This document shows, in pieces, positions 45,713-59,507 of a DNA stretch of 64,000 nucleotides. Every line of letters starts with the position of its first letter. The first letter of the stretch is position 1. The translations under genes were made by a program, and so were the position numbers. This DNA is from an uncultured Pelagibacteraceae bacterium (GTDB lineage: Bacteria > Pseudomonadota > Alphaproteobacteria > Pelagibacterales > Pelagibacteraceae). The stretch is from assembly GCA_902538445.1 (NCBI GenBank), contig CACBFE010000005.1, positions 1,319-65,318 of the forward strand. The letters run 5' to 3'. The notes under the pieces are model-generated. The model saw only the letters and a program-made list of their open reading frames with translations. It did no database searches and was not told where the DNA came from.

Positions 45713-46660
45713 ATGAAATTAACTTTTGAACAGAAAAAAGAAATATTAGATCAACAATCGCAAAAAAATACAACTAAACGAGTAACTTCTGTAGAGTTAG
45801 AAAAGATACTTTATGACGCAATTCCAGTTCTTGATCATGGTTTTGTAAGAGTGATTGATTATATGGGAGACGATACATCCATTGTTCAATCAGCTAGAGT
45901 CTCTTACGGAAAGGGAACAAAAAAAGTTTCGACTGATGAGGGTTTAATAAAATATTTGATGAGACATTGGCACTCAACACCTTTCGAAATGTGTGAAATT
46001 AAATACCATGTTAAGCTTCCAATATTTATTGCACGACAATGGATAAGACATAGAACAGCAAACGTTAATGAATATTCAGCAAGATATTCGATTTTAGATA
46101 AAGAATTTTATATTCCAGCCAAAGATCAATTATCAGCTCAATCAACTTCAAATAGACAAGGTAGAGGTGATTTAATTACAGGAGAGCAAGCTGACGAAGT
46201 TTTAAAAATTTTAAAAGATGATGCAACAAGAACTTACGATAATTATGAAAAAATGCTTAACGAAAGATTCGACGGGTCGACTATAGATCAAGATAAATCT
46301 GGTCTAGCAAGGGAGTTAGCAAGAATGAATTTAACTTTAAATTCATACACGCAATGGTATTGGAAAACTGATCTTTTAAATTTATTAAACTTTTTATTCT
46401 TAAGAGCAGATAGCCATGCTCAGTATGAAATAAGAGTTTATGCAGAAGCAATGTTGGATACAGTAAAAAAATGGGTTCCAATAACACACGCTGCATTTCT
46501 AGATTACAGAGTGGGTGCAGTTCACGTTTCGGCAAAGGGAAAAAAAGTTATTCAGCAAATGGCAAAAGGTGAAAGCGTAAGCCATGAAAAGTCGGGCCTC
46601 TCAAAAAGAGAATGGAACGAGTTAATGGTTTCTTTTGATTTTAAAGAAAAGATTGTTTAA
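45713..46660 (+). CDS. thyX: FAD-dependent thymidylate synthase
   Basis: [37 protein letters not shown]. Confidence 0.98.
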   Translation: MKLTFEQKKEILDQQSQKNTTKRVTSVELEKILYDAIPVLDHGFVRVIDYMGDDTSIVQSARVSYGKGTKKVSTDEGLIKYLMRHWHSTPFEMCEIKYHVKLPIFIARQWIRHRTANVNEYSARYSILDKEFYIPAKDQLSAQSTSNRQGRGDLITGEQADEVLKILKDDATRTYDNYEKMLNERFDGSTIDQDKSGLARELARMNLTLNSYTQWYWKTDLLNLLNFLFLRADSHAQYEIRVYAEAMLDTVKKWVPITHAAFLDYRVGAVHVSAKGKKVIQQMAKGESVSHEKSGLSKREWNELMVSFDFKEKIV

Positions 46661-47447
46661 TTTTTTCAGCTATATTTTTAAATAACTTTGAAACTTCATG
46701 ATTAGGATTAGAATGTGTTAATGGATCACCTTTATCAGCAGAACTTCTTAAATCTTCGTGAATAGGTAAATGACCTAAAAATTCTTTATTGAATTCTTTA
46801 GCAGTTTTTTCTACTCCGCTTTCTCCAAAAATCTTATATTCTTTTCCATCATCACCTTTAAAATAACTCATGTTGTCAATGAGCCCTAAAATTTTTACAC
46901 CTGTCTTATTAAACATTTGAATTCCTCTTCTAACATCTAACAGAGCTAGATCTTGGGGAGTCGAAACAATTATTGCTCCATCAACTTTTACCTCTTGAGC
47001 AAATGTTAATTGAGTATCTCCGGTACCCGGAGGCATATCAATTATTATTATATCTCGATCTTGCCACAAAACTTTTTGAGTCATTGTTTTTAAAGCACTG
47101 ATAACCATTGGTCCTCTCCAGATCATAGGAGTTTTTTCATCTACTAAAAAACCCATAGACATGCATTGAGCGTCATATTTTTCTAAAGGTATAATAGCTT
47201 TTCCATCTTTACTTTCTGGCTTTTCGTTTAGATTGATTAATTTTGGAAGAGATGGACCATAAACGTCAGCGTCAAGAATACCAATTTTAAATCCTAAATT
47301 TTGAAGAGCAAAAGCTAAATTAATAGCAATAGTGGACTTTCCAACTCCACCTTTAGCACTTGAAACTAAAATAGTAAATTTAGTGCCGTTTATTGGAGTT
47401 TTAGTAAACTTCTTAGGAGCCGGTTTTTCTCTCATTGTTTTACTCAT
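46641..47447 (-). CDS. mrp: Mrp/ApbC (NBP35) Fe-S cluster carrier ATPase
   Basis: [39 protein letters not shown]. Confidence 0.95.
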   Translation of the reverse strand: MSKTMREKPAPKKFTKTPINGTKFTILVSSAKGGVGKSTIAINLAFALQNLGFKIGILDADVYGPSLPKLINLNEKPESKDGKAIIPLEKYDAQCMSMGFLVDEKTPMIWRGPMVISALKTMTQKVLWQDRDIIIIDMPPGTGDTQLTFAQEVKVDGAIIVSTPQDLALLDVRRGIQMFNKTGVKILGLIDNMSYFKGDDGKEYKIFGESGVEKTAKEFNKEFLGHLPIHEDLRSSADKGDPLTHSNPNHEVSKLFKNIAEKIKQSFL

Positions 47448-47521
47448 TAATACTTTTTTTTAGACATAATAACGCTCTTACATAACTTGTTTTTGAAGCA
47501 AAAGTCACTATATAAAGTGTC

Positions 47522-48637
47522 ATGAGTTTCAAAGATAAAATTTTAAAAAATCAATCCCCTTGGGGTTCACCCCCACCAGGCGGAGGCGGACAGATGCCTG
47601 GTGGAAATGGATCAGGGTCAAGACAAGATCCCCCAAGTCTAGACGATATTATAAAAAATTTTCAAAAAACTATTAACAAATTCTCTGGAGGCAAAACCGG
47701 AGGTTCCCGTCCAATAATTATTGGAATATTAATTTTAGTTTTACTTTATATCGCAAGCGGGCTTTACAGAGTTTTACCTGATGAGCAAGGTGTTGTTTTA
47801 AGATTTGGAAAATATGTAAACACTACTCAGCCGGGATTACATTATCATTTTCCCACTCCATTTGAGAGAGTTCTTACTCCTAAAGTTACGAAAGTAAATA
47901 GAGTTGATGTAGGATTTCGACCTGCAAGTGATAGCGGCAGATCTTCTGGAGTTGGAAATGTACCAGAAGAAAGTTTAATGCTTACCGGGGATGAAAATAT
48001 TGTAGATATTAACTATTCAGTATTTTGGGTAATTAAGGACGCCCAAAAGTTTTTATTCAACATTCAAAGTCCGGTAGAAACTGTAAAAGCAGCATCGGAA
48101 ACAGCTATGAGGGAAGTAATTGCAAAAAATAGAATTCAAAATATTTTAACAGAAGGTAGATCAAACATTGAAGTCGAAGTTCAAGAAATTACACAACAAA
48201 TTTTAGATGAATATGGTTCAGGTATTCAAGTTACTCAAGTTCAAACACAACAAGCAGATCCACCTGAACAAGTAATTGATGCCTTTAGAGATGTGCAGGC
48301 TGCTAGAGCAGATAGAGAGAGATCAAAAAATGAGGCTGAAGCTTATGCAAACGATGTAATTCCAAGAGCACGAGGGGAAGCAGAACAAGTTTTACAACAA
48401 GCAGAAGCATATAAAAAAGAGGTTGTTGCAAAGGCAGAGGGTGAAGCAAGTAGATTTTTAGCAATTTATAATGAGTACAAAGATGCAAAACAAGTAACCC
48501 AAGAAAGAATGTATTTGGAAACTATGGAAAAAGTATTAGCAGACATAGACAAAGTTATCATAGATAAAGAGTCCGGCTCAGGTGTTGTTCCATATCTTCC
48601 GTTACCGGAACTAAAAAAATCAGGAGGCAATAATTAA
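47522..48637 (+). CDS. hflK: FtsH protease modulator HflK
   Basis: Gly/Pro-rich N-terminus with PW and PP.LD, SPFH domain, MLTGDENIV, ERMYLETME. Confidence 0.96.
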   Translation: MSFKDKILKNQSPWGSPPPGGGGQMPGGNGSGSRQDPPSLDDIIKNFQKTINKFSGGKTGGSRPIIIGILILVLLYIASGLYRVLPDEQGVVLRFGKYVNTTQPGLHYHFPTPFERVLTPKVTKVNRVDVGFRPASDSGRSSGVGNVPEESLMLTGDENIVDINYSVFWVIKDAQKFLFNIQSPVETVKAASETAMREVIAKNRIQNILTEGRSNIEVEVQEITQQILDEYGSGIQVTQVQTQQADPPEQVIDAFRDVQAARADRERSKNEAEAYANDVIPRARGEAEQVLQQAEAYKKEVVAKAEGEASRFLAIYNEYKDAKQVTQERMYLETMEKVLADIDKVIIDKESGSGVVPYLPLPELKKSGGNN

Positions 48638-49512
48638 TGAAGGGAGTTAAATTAATAGTTCCAGCAATTATAATTATTGGGGTTACTATTTTCCAATCAT
48701 TATTTATTGTTCAAGAAATTAGCCAAGCTATTGTTCTTCAATTTGGTGATCCCAAGAAGATTGTAACTAAAGCAGGTTTAAACTTTAAATTGCCTTTTAT
48801 TCAAAATGTTGTTTTTCTTGATAAAAGAATTTTAAATTTAGATAATGATCCAGAGGAAGTAATTGCCGCAGACCAAAAGAGATTGATCGTTGATGCGTTC
48901 GCAAGATTTAAAATTATCGATCCTCTAAAGTTTTACATTTCAGTCGGAAACGAGAGAGTTGCTAGATCAAGATTATCTACGATTATCAATTCCAGAATAA
49001 GAGGTGTATTAGGTACACAAGAACTTGCAACTTTACTGTCCACAGATAGGGCGAGACAAATGCAAATTATTCAATCACAAGTAAATGAAGAAGCAAAGAA
49101 TTTTGGAATTACAATCGTTGACGTAAGAATTAAAAGAGCAGATTTACCTCCAGCAAATAGTGAGGCAATTTATAAAAGAATGCAAACTGAGAGGGAGAGG
49201 GAAGCAAAAGAATTTAGAGCTCAGGGAGCGGAAATTGCACAAAAAATTAGATCGACTGCCGATAAAGATGTTACAGTTATTTTAGCTCAAGCAAATAAAA
49301 AATCAGAAATTATGAAAGGTGAAGGCGACGGTGAAAGAAATAAGATTTTTGCTAATGCGTTTGGCAGAGACCCGCAGTTCTTTGCTTTTTACAGAGCAAT
49401 GCAAGCTTACGAAAAAGCATTAATTGGAGGGGAGACATCTTTAGTACTTTCACCTGACAGTGAGTTTTTCAAATTTTTTGGAAAATCGATCAAGCCAGCA
49501 ATAAAAAGATAA
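48637..49512 (+). CDS. hflC: FtsH protease modulator HflC
   Basis: FG.P, GL.FK.PF, D.KRL.VD, RM..ER...A...RA.G, FF.FYR.M.AY. Confidence 0.96.
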   Translation: MKGVKLIVPAIIIIGVTIFQSLFIVQEISQAIVLQFGDPKKIVTKAGLNFKLPFIQNVVFLDKRILNLDNDPEEVIAADQKRLIVDAFARFKIIDPLKFYISVGNERVARSRLSTIINSRIRGVLGTQELATLLSTDRARQMQIIQSQVNEEAKNFGITIVDVRIKRADLPPANSEAIYKRMQTEREREAKEFRAQGAEIAQKIRSTADKDVTVILAQANKKSEIMKGEGDGERNKIFANAFGRDPQFFAFYRAMQAYEKALIGGETSLVLSPDSEFFKFFGKSIKPAIKR

Positions 49513-49525
49513 AAACAATAGCTAA

Positions 49526-49711
49526 GTGAAAGATCTATTAACCGCCTTGGGATTACTCTTTTTTATTGAGGGACTTTTACTTGCCATTTTCCCGTCAAGA
49601 ATTAAAAATATGCTTGAGATTATCAAGAATACGCCCGAAAATAAATTAAGATCATTTGGATTGTTTTTTTTGATTATCGGTTTTTTTATTATTTGGTATA
49701 TAAAAAATTAA
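49526..49711 (+). CDS. DUF2065 (YjeT-like) small membrane protein
   Basis: ALGL.F.IEGLL.A.FP, LR..GL; usual position after hflC. Confidence 0.88.
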   Translation: MKDLLTALGLLFFIEGLLLAIFPSRIKNMLEIIKNTPENKLRSFGLFFLIIGFFIIWYIKN

Positions 49712-49712
49712 T

Positions 49713-51116
49713 ATGAATTTATTAAAAAAAATATTTATTTTATTAATAATTTTTAACTTTTCATCTATTCAAGTTAAAGCTGTACCAAGTTCTTTTGCCG
49801 ATTTAGCTGAAAAATTAATGCCATCTGTTGTTAATATTTCAACTACTCAAACCGTAAAAACAACCACAAATCAATTTCCTTTTCAATTTCCACCAGGGTC
49901 GCCTTTTGGTGAGATGTTTAAAGATTTTGAAAGGCCAACCGAAAGAAAAGCTTCATCTTTAGGTTCAGGTTTTATAATAAAAGAGGAGGGTATCGTAATT
50001 ACAAATAATCATGTGATTGCTAATGCTGAAGATATTTTAATAAGAGTTGGTGACAAAGAATACAATGCCGATGTTATAGGCTCGGATCCTTATATGGATC
50101 TTGCAGTTTTAAAAATAAAAACTAAAGATAAATTTAAGCCTGTAAGTTTTGGTGACTCAAGTAAAGCTAGAGTAGGTGACTGGGTAGTAGCCATTGGAAA
50201 TCCTTTTGGTTTAGGAGGAACAGTAACATCTGGAATTATTTCAGCAAGAAATAGGCAAATAGGTTTAACAAGATACGAGGACTTTATTCAAACCGATGCA
50301 TCAATTAACCAAGGTAATTCTGGAGGGCCGTTGTTTAATTTAAAAGGAGAAGTAATTGGAGTTAACACCGCAATTATTGCTCCAGGCCAATCAGGATCAA
50401 TTGGAATTGGTTTTGCGATACCGGCTAATGCTGCATCCAATGTTATTGACCAATTAATAAAATTTGGTGAAACAAAAAGAGGGTGGTTAGGAGTAAGGAT
50501 CCAAGAGGTAACAAAAGAAATTGCAGAGGTTGAAAAACTTAAAAAACCCGAAGGTGCTTTAGTCGCAAGCGTTGGACAAAATAGTCCTGCAGAAAAAGCA
50601 GGCATTAAAGCTGGGGATATTATTTTAGAATTTGATGGAAAAAAAATAAATACGATGAAAAAATTACCAAATGTTGTTGCAGGCACAGAGGTAGGCAAAA
50701 GTGTTGATCTTAAAATTTGGAGAAATAAAAAATTAATTTCAAAAAGATTAACTCTTGGAAGATTAGAAACGTCCGAAGAATTTAAAGAAACAAAACCAAA
50801 AATTGTTAAGAAAGATGAAGAGATTGAAAGCTTAAAAATAGCGGTAAGAGAAATAAATGATAAAGATATTTCTTCCAGAAATTTAAATACGAAAACACAA
50901 GGAGTAGTTATTACAGATATTTCAAACCGAAGCCCTCTTATAAATCTTTTAAGTGTAAATGATATTATAATTGAAGTTCAAAAGACTCCTATAAAATCGA
51001 TTGCTGATTTAAAAAAAATTGTTAAAAGTATTTTTAAAAAAGGTGAGAAAACACTACTTTTAACAATTATTAATCAAAATAATCGAAGACGTTATCTTGG
51101 CGTAAAAATTAATTAA
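49713..51116 (+). CDS. degP: Do/HtrA family periplasmic serine protease with two PDZ domains
   Basis: GSGFII, TNNHV, DLAVLK, QTDASINQGNSGGPL, RGWLGV. Confidence 0.95.
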   Translation: MNLLKKIFILLIIFNFSSIQVKAVPSSFADLAEKLMPSVVNISTTQTVKTTTNQFPFQFPPGSPFGEMFKDFERPTERKASSLGSGFIIKEEGIVITNNHVIANAEDILIRVGDKEYNADVIGSDPYMDLAVLKIKTKDKFKPVSFGDSSKARVGDWVVAIGNPFGLGGTVTSGIISARNRQIGLTRYEDFIQTDASINQGNSGGPLFNLKGEVIGVNTAIIAPGQSGSIGIGFAIPANAASNVIDQLIKFGETKRGWLGVRIQEVTKEIAEVEKLKKPEGALVASVGQNSPAEKAGIKAGDIILEFDGKKINTMKKLPNVVAGTEVGKSVDLKIWRNKKLISKRLTLGRLETSEEFKETKPKIVKKDEEIESLKIAVREINDKDISSRNLNTKTQGVVITDISNRSPLINLLSVNDIIIEVQKTPIKSIADLKKIVKSIFKKGEKTLLLTIINQNNRRRYLGVKIN

Positions 51117-51118
51117 TT

Positions 51119-52036
51119 TTGTCAAAAAAAATCATTCTCTTAGCAGGACCAACAGCTTCTGGAAAATCAAAATTAGCTATTAATCTTGCAGAAAAACTTA
51201 ATGGTGAGATCATTAATGCCGACAGTATGCAAATCTATAAAGAATTTTCTATTTTATCTTCAAGACCTACAGAATTTGAAACAAAAAAAATTAAACACCA
51301 TATCTACGGAACAATATCTGTTAAGAAACATTTTTCTGCTGGTGATTGGTTTAAAGAGGCAAAAAAAAAAATAGATATTTGTTTAAAAAAGAAAAAAATA
51401 CCGATTATAGTTGGGGGGACAGGATTATATTTTAATACAATCACAAAAGGTATAAGCAAAATTCCTAAAATAGACTTAAAAACAAGATCTAAAGTAAGAA
51501 AATTATATAGCAAGCTTGGTTTTAGAAAATTTTATAAAAAGCTTATTCAATTAGACCCTAAAGTTAAAAATAAAATTTTACCTACTGACTCTCAGCGAGC
51601 TCAACGTGCTTTTGAAGTAAAACTAAAAACAAAAAAATCCTTATATGAATGGATCGCTAAAACTAAATCGGAATTTTCAGACTTTAACATAAAGAAAATT
51701 TTTATTAATATTCCAAGAGAAGATCTTCTTCAAAAAATTTCTGAAAGGACAGATTTTATGATCAGTCAAAATTGCATCTCAGAGGTAGTAAAATTTAACA
51801 AATTAAAAATTAATAAAAGTCTATCTGCTAACAAACTTATAGGAGTTCAAGAAATCAATCGATATTTGAGAGGTACAATTACATTGAAAGAATGTAGAGA
51901 TCTTATAAATATTAAGACAAGACAGTACGCCAAAAGACAAAATACATGGGCTAGAGGTCATATGAAGAATTGGGTTAGGCTTTATTCTAAAAACTTCTCT
52001 ATTCTACTAAAAAAAACATTAAAAGTTACAAGCTAA
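51119..52036 (+). CDS. miaA: tRNA dimethylallyltransferase
   Basis: GPTASGKS, INADSMQIY, VGGTGLY, TRQYAKRQ.TW. Confidence 0.97.
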   Translation: MSKKIILLAGPTASGKSKLAINLAEKLNGEIINADSMQIYKEFSILSSRPTEFETKKIKHHIYGTISVKKHFSAGDWFKEAKKKIDICLKKKKIPIIVGGTGLYFNTITKGISKIPKIDLKTRSKVRKLYSKLGFRKFYKKLIQLDPKVKNKILPTDSQRAQRAFEVKLKTKKSLYEWIAKTKSEFSDFNIKKIFINIPREDLLQKISERTDFMISQNCISEVVKFNKLKINKSLSANKLIGVQEINRYLRGTITLKECRDLINIKTRQYAKRQNTWARGHMKNWVRLYSKNFSILLKKTLKVTS

Positions 52037-52039
52037 AAC

Positions 52040-52067
52040 TTGACGGTTGGTTATTCTAGGCTAGATT
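52040..52067 (+). promoter_or_regulatory. Putative sigma70 promoter of the ilv operon (TTGACG-N16-TAGATT)
   Basis: -35 at 52040-52045, -10 at 52062-52067, ATG 6 nt downstream. Confidence 0.5.
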
Positions 52068-52073
52068 GTATGA

Positions 52074-53843
52074 ATGCCAAAATTATTGAGTGGAGCAGAA
52101 ATAGTATTTAAAGCATTGGAAGACCAGAAAGTGGAATATATTTTTGGTTACCCAGGTGGAGCTGTGCTTCCAATCTATGATGAATTAAAAAATCATAAAA
52201 CAATAAAACATATTTTAGCAAGACATGAGCAAGGAGCGGGACATGCTGCTGAAGGATATGCTAGATCAAGCGGTAAACCAGGAGTTCTTTTAGTAACGTC
52301 AGGACCTGGAGCAACTAATGCTGTAACTGCTTTAACAGATGCCTATATGGACTCAGTTCCAGTAGTGTGTATTTCAGGACAAGTCCCAACTCATTTAATT
52401 GGTACTGATGCTTTTCAAGAATGCGATACGACTGGGATAACAAGACCTTGCACTAAACATAATTGGTTGGTCAAAGATGTAGCTGACTTAGCTGATATTA
52501 TGAACCAAGCTTTTGAAATTGCAACAACGGGTAGACCCGGTCCAGTATTAGTTGATATTCCAAAAGATATTCAATTTAATAAAGGTATCTATAAAGTTAG
52601 TAAAAAAAAATTAGCAAAAAAATTAAATGGAACACTTACAAATAAAATAAATTTGAAAGATGTAGACAAATTTATTGAGATGATAAAAAAATCATCTAAG
52701 CCTATTTTTTATACCGGTGGAGGAGTAATAAATTCTGGACCAAAAGCTAGCGAGCTTTTAAGAGAATTAATTTCTTTAACTGGTTTTCCTATTACTTCAA
52801 CCTTACAAGGATTGGGCGCCTACCCTGGTGATGATCCACAATTTTTAGGAATGCTTGGTATGCATGGGACTTATGAAGCAAATAATGCCATGCATGATTG
52901 TGACCTGATGATAAATATTGGAGCAAGATTTGATGATAGAATAACAGGAAAAATAGATGAGTTTTCTCCAAAATCAAAAAAAATTCATATTGATATAGAC
53001 CCATCTTCAATTGGGAAAAATGTAAAAGTTGATTTAGCTATTACAAGTGATGTAACAGAATTGTTACAAGCGGTTATAAAAAGGTTTAAAGAAAAAAATA
53101 AAAATTTTATTGACTCTAATAAACAAAAAACAGCGAAGTGGTGGAGTCAAATTGATAAATGGAGAGAAAAAAAATCTTTAAACTTTATCAATAGCAAAGA
53201 GACGATAAAACCTCAGCATGCTGTACAAAGACTTTATGAATTAACTAAAGACCAGGATACATTCATTACTACCGAGGTTGGACAACACCAAATGTGGGCT
53301 GCTCAACATTATAAGTTCAATAAACCTAATAGATGGATGACTTCAGGAGGTCTCGGTACCATGGGTTACGGATTACCTGCAGCTATCGGCGTTCAAATTG
53401 CTCATCCTAAAAAACTAGTAATTGATATTGCAGGAGAAGCTTCAATTTTAATGAATATTCAAGAAATGTCGACTGCAATACAGTACAGACTGCCTGTTAA
53501 GATTTTTATCTTGAATAATGAATACATGGGAATGGTGCGTCAATGGCAAGAATTACTACATGATAAAAATTATTCTGAAAGTTATACAGAGGCTCTACCA
53601 GATTTTGTAAAGCTAGCAGAGGCTTATGGCGCAACAGGAATAAGAGCGAAAACTCCTGATGAATTAGATGAAAAGATCAAAGAAATGATCAACTCAGAAA
53701 AACCTGTAATTTTTGATTGTGTAGTTGATAAAGTTGAAAACTGTTATCCAATGATACCGTCTGGAAAACCCCACAACCAAATGCTTCTTGGACCTGAGGA
53801 TGAAAAAGAGGAAGTTTCAGATGAAGGAAAAACTTTAGTTTAA
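52074..53843 (+). CDS. ilvI: Acetolactate synthase large subunit
   Basis: FGYPGGAVLPIYD, RHEQGAGHAAEGYAR, TSGPGATN, GQHQMWAAQ, SGGLGTMGYG. Confidence 0.97.
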   Translation: MPKLLSGAEIVFKALEDQKVEYIFGYPGGAVLPIYDELKNHKTIKHILARHEQGAGHAAEGYARSSGKPGVLLVTSGPGATNAVTALTDAYMDSVPVVCISGQVPTHLIGTDAFQECDTTGITRPCTKHNWLVKDVADLADIMNQAFEIATTGRPGPVLVDIPKDIQFNKGIYKVSKKKLAKKLNGTLTNKINLKDVDKFIEMIKKSSKPIFYTGGGVINSGPKASELLRELISLTGFPITSTLQGLGAYPGDDPQFLGMLGMHGTYEANNAMHDCDLMINIGARFDDRITGKIDEFSPKSKKIHIDIDPSSIGKNVKVDLAITSDVTELLQAVIKRFKEKNKNFIDSNKQKTAKWWSQIDKWREKKSLNFINSKETIKPQHAVQRLYELTKDQDTFITTEVGQHQMWAAQHYKFNKPNRWMTSGGLGTMGYGLPAAIGVQIAHPKKLVIDIAGEASILMNIQEMSTAIQYRLPVKIFILNNEYMGMVRQWQELLHDKNYSESYTEALPDFVKLAEAYGATGIRAKTPDELDEKIKEMINSEKPVIFDCVVDKVENCYPMIPSGKPHNQMLLGPEDEKEEVSDEGKTLV

Positions 53844-54394
53844 TGCCAAAGTCAAGATCAGCTTATAGCCAGCCATCAAAATTTGGAAAAGAGGATCATC
53901 ATATAATTGTAGTATGGGTGGACAACGAAGCTGGAGTTTTAGCACGAGTAATCGGATTATTTTCAGGAAGAGGTTATAATATTGAGTCTCTAGCCGTAGC
54001 CGAAATTGATAAAAAAAAACATTTATCAAGAATTACAATTGTCACAAAAGGTACACCTGAAGTAATTCAGCAGATAAAATTACAATTAGGAAAATTAATT
54101 CCAGTTCATAAAGTTGCTGATTTTTCTAGAAATGATCCTAAAATTTTATTTAAAGAGCTTGCTTTATTAAAAATAGTCGGAGTCTCAAAAAAACTGGATA
54201 AAGCTAAGAAATTATGCAAAAAATATAATGGAATAATCTTAGATAAAACAAAAAAGTCTTTTGTTATTCAAGTAACTGCTTTAAGAAGAGAAATCGATAA
54301 ATTGGTTGTAGCTTTGAAACCACTCGGACTTTTAAGTGTCTCAAGGACTGGTGCAGTTGCGATGACTAAAGGAAAAGAAGTTTTTACACAATAG
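53843..54394 (+). CDS. ilvH: Acetolactate synthase small (regulatory) subunit
   Basis: DNEAGVLARV.GLFSGRGYNIESL ACT domain, RTG.VAM. Confidence 0.96.
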   Translation: MPKSRSAYSQPSKFGKEDHHIIVVWVDNEAGVLARVIGLFSGRGYNIESLAVAEIDKKKHLSRITIVTKGTPEVIQQIKLQLGKLIPVHKVADFSRNDPKILFKELALLKIVGVSKKLDKAKKLCKKYNGIILDKTKKSFVIQVTALRREIDKLVVALKPLGLLSVSRTGAVAMTKGKEVFTQ

Positions 54395-54403
54395 GAGTTT
54401 TAA

Positions 54404-55423
<1,020 letters not shown>

Positions 55424-55526
55424 CCCAATCTGACTCTCTAAAAGCCCTTATTAAGTACATAATAATTTGCAAATTCTATCTTTGATTGTAATATGAGAAA
55501 CTTTTGAATTAACAAATGTTTTAAGT

Positions 55527-58131
<2,605 letters not shown>

Positions 58132-58149
58132 TTTGTATTTTACGGATAA

Positions 58150-58995
58150 ATGTCAGTTAGTAGAGATGATTATAGTATAGCCTTTCGTTCAGCTCTTTTG
58201 CAAAGAGGAGCTTCTCAAAAATTTTCAATTTTTTCTCTTATAATCGTAGCTTTAATAATTTTCTTTTTAGACGTTTATGGTTTTACTGTAGTAAAAACAG
58301 CGAGAAGCTTTATCAATGATGTTGTGTACCGAGTAACATACTTAGCCTCAGCGCCGACAAGATTATTTCCAGGTATAAATCAAGGGATAGCCGGTCATTT
58401 CAATTTAAAAAAAGAAAATGAAGAATTAAGAAAGGTTATAGAACGTTACAAAGCTCTAGATCTAAATTTAGAATATATATCTAACGAAAATAAAAATTTA
58501 AAAAAAGTCCTAGATACAGAAGATGTGCGAAGCGTTTCAAATGTAGTCCTAGCTAAGGTTTTAGTAGATCGTAATAGTCCTTTTTTAAAATCAATAATTA
58601 TAAACAAGGGAAGCAAAGAGGGTATTATAAAAGGAATGCCAGTAACACAAAATAAATATTTAGTTGGACGTATAGTTGAGACTAATTATTTATCATCAAG
58701 AGTGCTACTGCTAAATGATTTAAATAGCAGGATTCCAGTAACATTTGATGAAAAAAGCACCCAGGCAATATTAACTGGTGGCGGGACACGTAAACCAATA
58801 CTATCATATTTACCTGAAGATTATGAATTTAAAGATGATATAACTGTTTTTGCTTCAGGAAAAGACGGAATTTTTAGTGCAGGAACTCCTATTGGAAAAA
58901 CAAAATACACTGGCGAAGTCGAACTATTTGTAGATCCAAATCAACTTTCTTTTGTAACAGTAAATTTAATAAAACCTAGTAAGGAAGTTTTTTAA
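58150..58995 (+). CDS. mreC: Rod shape-determining protein MreC
   Basis: TM plus coiled coil (EN..L), IINKGS..GI..GMPV, LVGRIVE, SRVLLL.D..SRIPV. Confidence 0.93.
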   Translation: MSVSRDDYSIAFRSALLQRGASQKFSIFSLIIVALIIFFLDVYGFTVVKTARSFINDVVYRVTYLASAPTRLFPGINQGIAGHFNLKKENEELRKVIERYKALDLNLEYISNENKNLKKVLDTEDVRSVSNVVLAKVLVDRNSPFLKSIIINKGSKEGIIKGMPVTQNKYLVGRIVETNYLSSRVLLLNDLNSRIPVTFDEKSTQAILTGGGTRKPILSYLPEDYEFKDDITVFASGKDGIFSAGTPIGKTKYTGEVELFVDPNQLSFVTVNLIKPSKEVF

Positions 58996-59507
58996 TGGCA
59001 AAGGGAAATATAGTTAATAAGTTATTTGCTTCAGGTCCTTTAATTTTATTATATTATTTGTCTATAAGCGAAATTGATACAAACCTAGAAAAATTATTTG
59101 AAGTCTTTTCTCTTAATTTACAAATTATAATAATATATTTTTGGATTATAAAACGCCCTAATTTAATGGGCACAGGTCATATTTTTCTTGCTGGACTAAT
59201 TAATGATGTGGTGATGGGATTTCCCTTAGGTATTAGCTCTTTGTCCTATCTTGCAGTTTGTTTTGTAGGTAATTATGTCAGAAATAAAAGTGTTAATACA
59301 ACCATAGCATCTGACTGGTTTACTTTTTTAATAGCTTTATTATTTGCTAACTTACTTTTCTTTTCATTGTTAAATAATTTTTCAGAGGTTATAATTTCCT
59401 ATACAAAAATTGGTTACAATACTTTCTTTACTTTATTTTTATTCCCAGTTTTCTGGTTTTTATTTCATCTTTATCAAATTAGTTTTATAGGGTCTCAAGA
59501 TGCTTAG
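58995..59507 (+). CDS. mreD: Rod shape-determining protein MreD
   Basis: Polytopic membrane protein with YFW...RP, F..GL..D...G.PLG; position after mreC. Confidence 0.85.
   Translation: MAKGNIVNKLFASGPLILLYYLSISEIDTNLEKLFEVFSLNLQIIIIYFWIIKRPNLMGTGHIFLAGLINDVVMGFPLGISSLSYLAVCFVGNYVRNKSVNTTIASDWFTFLIALLFANLLFFSLLNNFSEVIISYTKIGYNTFFTLFLFPVFWFLFHLYQISFIGSQDA

Noticed and set aside
55424-55526. Leader-peptide attenuator upstream of leuA
   Set aside because: The only mini-ORF noticed (MRNF*) has no Leu codons, and there is no terminator hairpin.
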